DNA of 27,481 nucleotides from a virus: IMG/VR virus record IMGVR_UViG_2037747001_000002, positions 1 to 27,481 of that record; one strand, 5' to 3'. Shown piece by piece: positions 23,472 to 27,481 of this stretch (position 1 is its first letter; each line of letters starts with the position of its first letter). The notes under the pieces were generated by a model. It saw only the letters and a program-made list of their open reading frames with translations, ran no database searches and was not told where the DNA came from. The position numbers and the translations under genes were made by a program.

Positions 23472-26185
23472 TGACTATGGTTTCAGTATCAAAATACTCA
23501 ACAACTCAGGTCCAAACTGCTTCAGGAGTACCATATAAAAATTGGGGTTCTCTTTATAGGTTAGAAGCAAATGATAACAGTGACGCTCGATGTGACGATA
23601 TAGGCAGTGCCAGTGGTTCTTATAATCGACCAGGCCCACTTAAAGTAACAGGTTTTGGGTTTAATATTCCCAGTACTGCTCGTATTGATTCAATCGTAGT
23701 CACTTATGAACATTTTAAGATTAGTCATAGTAGTGCATCTGCTCATATGAGTATAGCAGCTCCTACACTGAGTCTGTACAATGTGGGAGCAGGTTCACAA
23801 CTTGGTAACGCTCCACCTACAAGTAGGACAGCATATTCCAAAACATGGACTAGGTCTAGTACTTGGCAACCAACACCTGCAATGGTGAATAGTGGTAATT
23901 TTGGCGTAGGAATTAATTATCCAAAAAATACGAGTGGAAATCCTGGGGATTTGGCATTAGATTATATCTTAGTCACAGTTAATTACACTCTACCAACTTA
24001 TAGTGTTGCTATGAGTACTCCTGCCTCAAAAGTACTTAGTGAACCTGTAACATTTGATATAACAGTTAATAATACAAATAATATTAATGCGAATGGTAAT
24101 GCAACAGTTAACCTTAAAATTCCATCTGGCCTAGTTTATGCCACCCATAGTGGTCCAGGAACGTATAGTAATGGAGTTTGGAATGCTAAACTAACAAACA
24201 GTACAGCTAAACTTAGTATTACATTTAACACTGTAGCAGTGGGTTCACAAACATTAACAGCTACTGAGGCCAGCACAGGAGTTAATATTAGTCGAACTGT
24301 TGCGGTAGATAATCCAACATATGATTTAAGCAGCACACTTCCATCCTCAGTAGTTCAAGCAGCAACATTCACATATACTGTGAAAATAGAGGTTAATAGT
24401 AGTGCCATAACCAATGCGGATGTTAATATACCCTTTAATAATGGTTTGAGCTATATTAGTAGTAGTGGGGATGGAACATATGATCCTGGTACTGGTGTTT
24501 GGAATGCAGTATTCAGTAATCAGGAGGCCATATTAACTATAAATGCTGTTGCGGAGACTGTTGGGGAAATTAGTCAAACAATTACGCAAGGAACCAGTGC
24601 CACAATCACCAATATGGTTAATGTAATATCTTCTACTTTAACAACGACTTATAATGTAGTTGTACCCTTTTCTGAGGAGATATTATCTGAATTGGAAGAT
24701 GGTAGGGAGTATATTGTTGCTTTTTATGCAGTTATAGTTGATTCTCAAAACCATGCCTATTTCTCTGGACCACTCAATAATCGGTTTTCTATAATACAAG
24801 GTACTGATGAAACCCTTTCAACTCAGATAAGCAACATAGGAGTCACTGAATTATTAACAGCACGATTCACATATCATGAAGGGATAAGTCATAGTTTCAA
24901 ATTCTATGCAGGTTATGTTGGCTATTTCGAAACAGACATTGGAGTTGAATTCAGTCAAGAACCCACAATTGTACCTATTGAATACTTTGAAGGCTTTGAA
25001 GATCCAACGGAATTATTCAATGATAAAAACCTTCTACTTTCAAATAATGATTTTGCTGAATTAAATCTAGAATCGTTACAAAAAAGTGGATCGTATGTAT
25101 TTGAGGATATTAACACAGCAGGATTAGAAACAGATGAAACAATTTTAGTAACTGGCTTCAAGATAACAGGGGACTGTATTCTCAGTGGAGATACTATAAT
25201 CACAGCAGGGATATATTCATTAAAAGACGAGCTTCTTCAGGAATCTAGTCCACAATCATGTGTTTTAGATTCAGATACTACACAAATCAGTATAGGGGGC
25301 ACTTACGATAATTGGGGATTAAATCTAAATCAGATCAATATTGCAGATCTAAGATTTTATCTGCAATTACAAAACATGACTACAGACTCATTGAACGTAT
25401 TATTGAATAATTTAGAACTTACTATTTTTTACACTATAGATCAAACGGGTGGAGTCCCGGGTTTTACGATTGAAGGTACACATTCAAAGTTATTTAGTAT
25501 TATGTTAGATGAGGATGGCATACCTCGTGGAGCAAACAATGATGTGAATTACTCTGATGTGACAGGTGCTGATGGAAAATATCCTACAAGAAGTAATATT
25601 AAAGAAAAAACAATTAAACTTAAATTCAATGTAATATCAGAAGCTTTAACTGAATCAGATAGTTTAATGGATAGAATAATCCAATGGATAAGTAATGAAA
25701 GGGATAAATATAATAAACCAATTTCTAAAGGAATTATATTTGATTTAGAACCATATAAACAATATAATTATATTCTTGAAAAACCGATTACAGCAGACCG
25801 TAACTTTGAAGATTTTGAATGTGAAGCGGAACTCATAATACCTGATGGAGTAGCAGAATCTGTTGATACTAAAATAACAGGTATGGTTGGAACTAATAAT
25901 GGTTTAACTCGAGTATTCCCTGTGATAAAATTATTAACTACCGGTTCAGAGATTGTTATAACTGAATCCATTGAAAATCAGACCATGACGATACATTATG
26001 AATTCACAAGGGGCACAGCCCTAATTTATGATGCAAAAACAAAAAAAATCATAGATACAGACGGGAATGATTATACTGAATATATTGATATGAACTCAGA
26101 CAGGTTAGTACTGAATAATCAATATAATTTTTCAAATACCACAGGTGCAACTATTCAATCAATAAGTTTCAAAGAGAGGTTTTAA
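23471..26185 (+). CDS. Distal tail (Dit)-like protein with N-terminal adhesin-type and two DUF11-like domains
   Basis: Two copies of F-x2-TV...P-x-GL-x-Y...GTY-x3-GVWN (about 24000-24640); C-terminal ~240 aa Dit-like; position after the tape measure. Confidence 0.7.
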   Translation: MTMVSVSKYSTTQVQTASGVPYKNWGSLYRLEANDNSDARCDDIGSASGSYNRPGPLKVTGFGFNIPSTARIDSIVVTYEHFKISHSSASAHMSIAAPTLSLYNVGAGSQLGNAPPTSRTAYSKTWTRSSTWQPTPAMVNSGNFGVGINYPKNTSGNPGDLALDYILVTVNYTLPTYSVAMSTPASKVLSEPVTFDITVNNTNNINANGNATVNLKIPSGLVYATHSGPGTYSNGVWNAKLTNSTAKLSITFNTVAVGSQTLTATEASTGVNISRTVAVDNPTYDLSSTLPSSVVQAATFTYTVKIEVNSSAITNADVNIPFNNGLSYISSSGDGTYDPGTGVWNAVFSNQEAILTINAVAETVGEISQTITQGTSATITNMVNVISSTLTTTYNVVVPFSEEILSELEDGREYIVAFYAVIVDSQNHAYFSGPLNNRFSIIQGTDETLSTQISNIGVTELLTARFTYHEGISHSFKFYAGYVGYFETDIGVEFSQEPTIVPIEYFEGFEDPTELFNDKNLLLSNNDFAELNLESLQKSGSYVFEDINTAGLETDETILVTGFKITGDCILSGDTIITAGIYSLKDELLQESSPQSCVLDSDTTQISIGGTYDNWGLNLNQINIADLRFYLQLQNMTTDSLNVLLNNLELTIFYTIDQTGGVPGFTIEGTHSKLFSIMLDEDGIPRGANNDVNYSDVTGADGKYPTRSNIKEKTIKLKFNVISEALTESDSLMDRIIQWISNERDKYNKPISKGIIFDLEPYKQYNYILEKPITADRNFEDFECEAELIIPDGVAESVDTKITGMVGTNNGLTRVFPVIKLLTTGSEIVITESIENQTMTIHYEFTRGTALIYDAKTKKIIDTDGNDYTEYIDMNSDRLVLNNQYNFSNTTGATIQSISFKERF

Positions 26186-26188
26186 CTC

Positions 26189-27481
26189 ATGGACATTGAT
26201 ATTCTTGTACTAAATAATGATGAAACCCTAATAGGATGGTTAAATCCAAGTTTAGTTGATATAACAGAGTACAATGATGATTCAGGGTTACAAAACATTA
26301 AATTAACCCATCCAGTTAATGATGACACCAAAAACGATTATGATTCCTGGCTCGAACATGGAAATAAAATCTGGATCAGTGAAACTGAAGACCTGAAATC
26401 ATGTCTATATGTGATTAATGCTGAGAAAACAGTAGATCAAGATGACATCATTATAACTGCTGAGGAAGTACTAGTGGAACTAAATAACATGGAACCTATT
26501 GAGAATAGTGATGCAGATCCAATCACCATCAATTCAACTCAGTTAAACACTTGGTTTGGTGATCTATTTAATATTGAAACAATTGAAACTGGAAATAAAT
26601 CGAATACTACTAGTTTCACAGGTACAATTAACCCCATGGCATTGCTCCGGCAGATTGAAAAGGATACTGGAAATTATTTCATAACAAGATACGAAAAAGG
26701 CACAGGTAGTAATGTCATACATCGATATCTTGATTTTAAACAATCACTTGGAGTTATTCATGATGTGCCGATTGAGATAGGGGAAAATACTGATAAAATA
26801 GAACTCGAAATTAATGAAGAGGACACTTACACTGCTATTGCACCTATTATTAAGTGTAGTGATAATGCAGTGACCACGGATACTGTAACTGCAGCTGAAA
26901 TATTATCTAATTTTAAATCATTAGCTGTGAATATTGGGGATAATATCCCTATGATTATTGAAAAAAAAGAGGATGGAACAGAGGTAGTGACTGCTTATTG
27001 GAATGCTCCGTTTAAAAAGGATGCGGGCAGTTATAAAGTGTACAGTACAGATTACACTAAATCTAATTATACACATATAAGAAAAAAAGAAGCTTCATCC
27101 TCTGTTTTAAATAAAACAGGGAATATTGAAACAAGTGAAACAAATAAGTATGTGATTTATAATCTCTGTGCACTTGCCCTAATGGATAAACAAGACCCTG
27201 TTTTGAATATCACTGCAGAAGTAAAAGACCTTAGACGGTTACAAGGCATAGAATCTAGTTACTGTGCTGGGGATACAGTTTATGTTCGGTTGCCTCACCG
27301 TTCTGGACTTGTAGAATCAAAAGTAACAGATACTGAGAAAAATCCTCGATTAATTGGTGAATCTAAAATAACTATTGGTAATGATGTTACGCGTAGTTAT
27401 CAAGCTCAGAATAGTATTGCAAGGTCCGGCATGGATACCGTTACCCTATCTAGTATTTACTCCGAATTAAGTACGTTAAAT
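26189..27481 (+). CDS. Tail-tip/baseplate hub (Tal-like) protein, truncated at the window edge
   Basis: Open for 431 codons with no stop (translated by hand; absent from the ORF track); GDTVYV...SKV...KITIGN pattern typical of siphovirus Tal. Confidence 0.75.
   Translation, partial: MDIDILVLNNDETLIGWLNPSLVDITEYNDDSGLQNIKLTHPVNDDTKNDYDSWLEHGNKIWISETEDLKSCLYVINAEKTVDQDDIIITAEEVLVELNNMEPIENSDADPITINSTQLNTWFGDLFNIETIETGNKSNTTSFTGTINPMALLRQIEKDTGNYFITRYEKGTGSNVIHRYLDFKQSLGVIHDVPIEIGENTDKIELEINEEDTYTAIAPIIKCSDNAVTTDTVTAAEILSNFKSLAVNIGDNIPMIIEKKEDGTEVVTAYWNAPFKKDAGSYKVYSTDYTKSNYTHIRKKEASSSVLNKTGNIETSETNKYVIYNLCALALMDKQDPVLNITAEVKDLRRLQGIESSYCAGDTVYVRLPHRSGLVESKVTDTEKNPRLIGESKITIGNDVTRSYQAQNSIARSGMDTVTLSSIYSELSTLN

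Larger units (their letters stand above)
1..27481. mobile_element. Archaeal head-tail virus / provirus (siphovirus-like), partial; probable Methanobacteriales host
   Basis: Canonical order terS-terL-portal-MuF-protease-MCP-connectors-tail tube-chaperone-tape measure-Dit-Tal; archaeal-type RBS and TATA boxes; histone-fold and TFB-ribbon domains. No integrase or att site visible in the window. Confidence 0.95.

Overview
The window is a continuous part of a tailed archaeal virus or provirus genome (Caudoviricetes, siphovirus-type). The host is most likely a pseudomurein-walled methanogen (Methanobacteriales), inferred from GGAGG/GAGGTGA ribosome-binding sites, TTTATATA boxes, an archaeal histone fold, a TFB-type zinc ribbon, DUF11 domains and a PeiW/PeiP-like Cys-His-Asp domain. 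The left ~6.9 kb is a regulatory/early region: two related divergent-promoter cassettes, an AbrB-fold regulator, a ParB-histone fusion, many zinc-finger microproteins, a putative SSB and a TFB-ribbon protein. Next come structured intergenic RNA candidates, holin-like genes and a morphogenesis operon: terS, terL, portal, MuF with a HExxH peptidase plus a small partner gene, protease/scaffold, capsid, connectors, tail tube, frameshifted chaperone, tape measure, adhesin-extended Dit and a truncated Tal. The most unusual items are the ParB-HTH-histone-fold fusion, an apparent MuF toxin/immunity pair in an archaeal virus, a tape measure carrying a transglutaminase-like protease bracketed by FAGP motifs, and abrupt G/T versus A/C third-codon blocks. 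All family calls are from motif recognition by eye; no searches were run.
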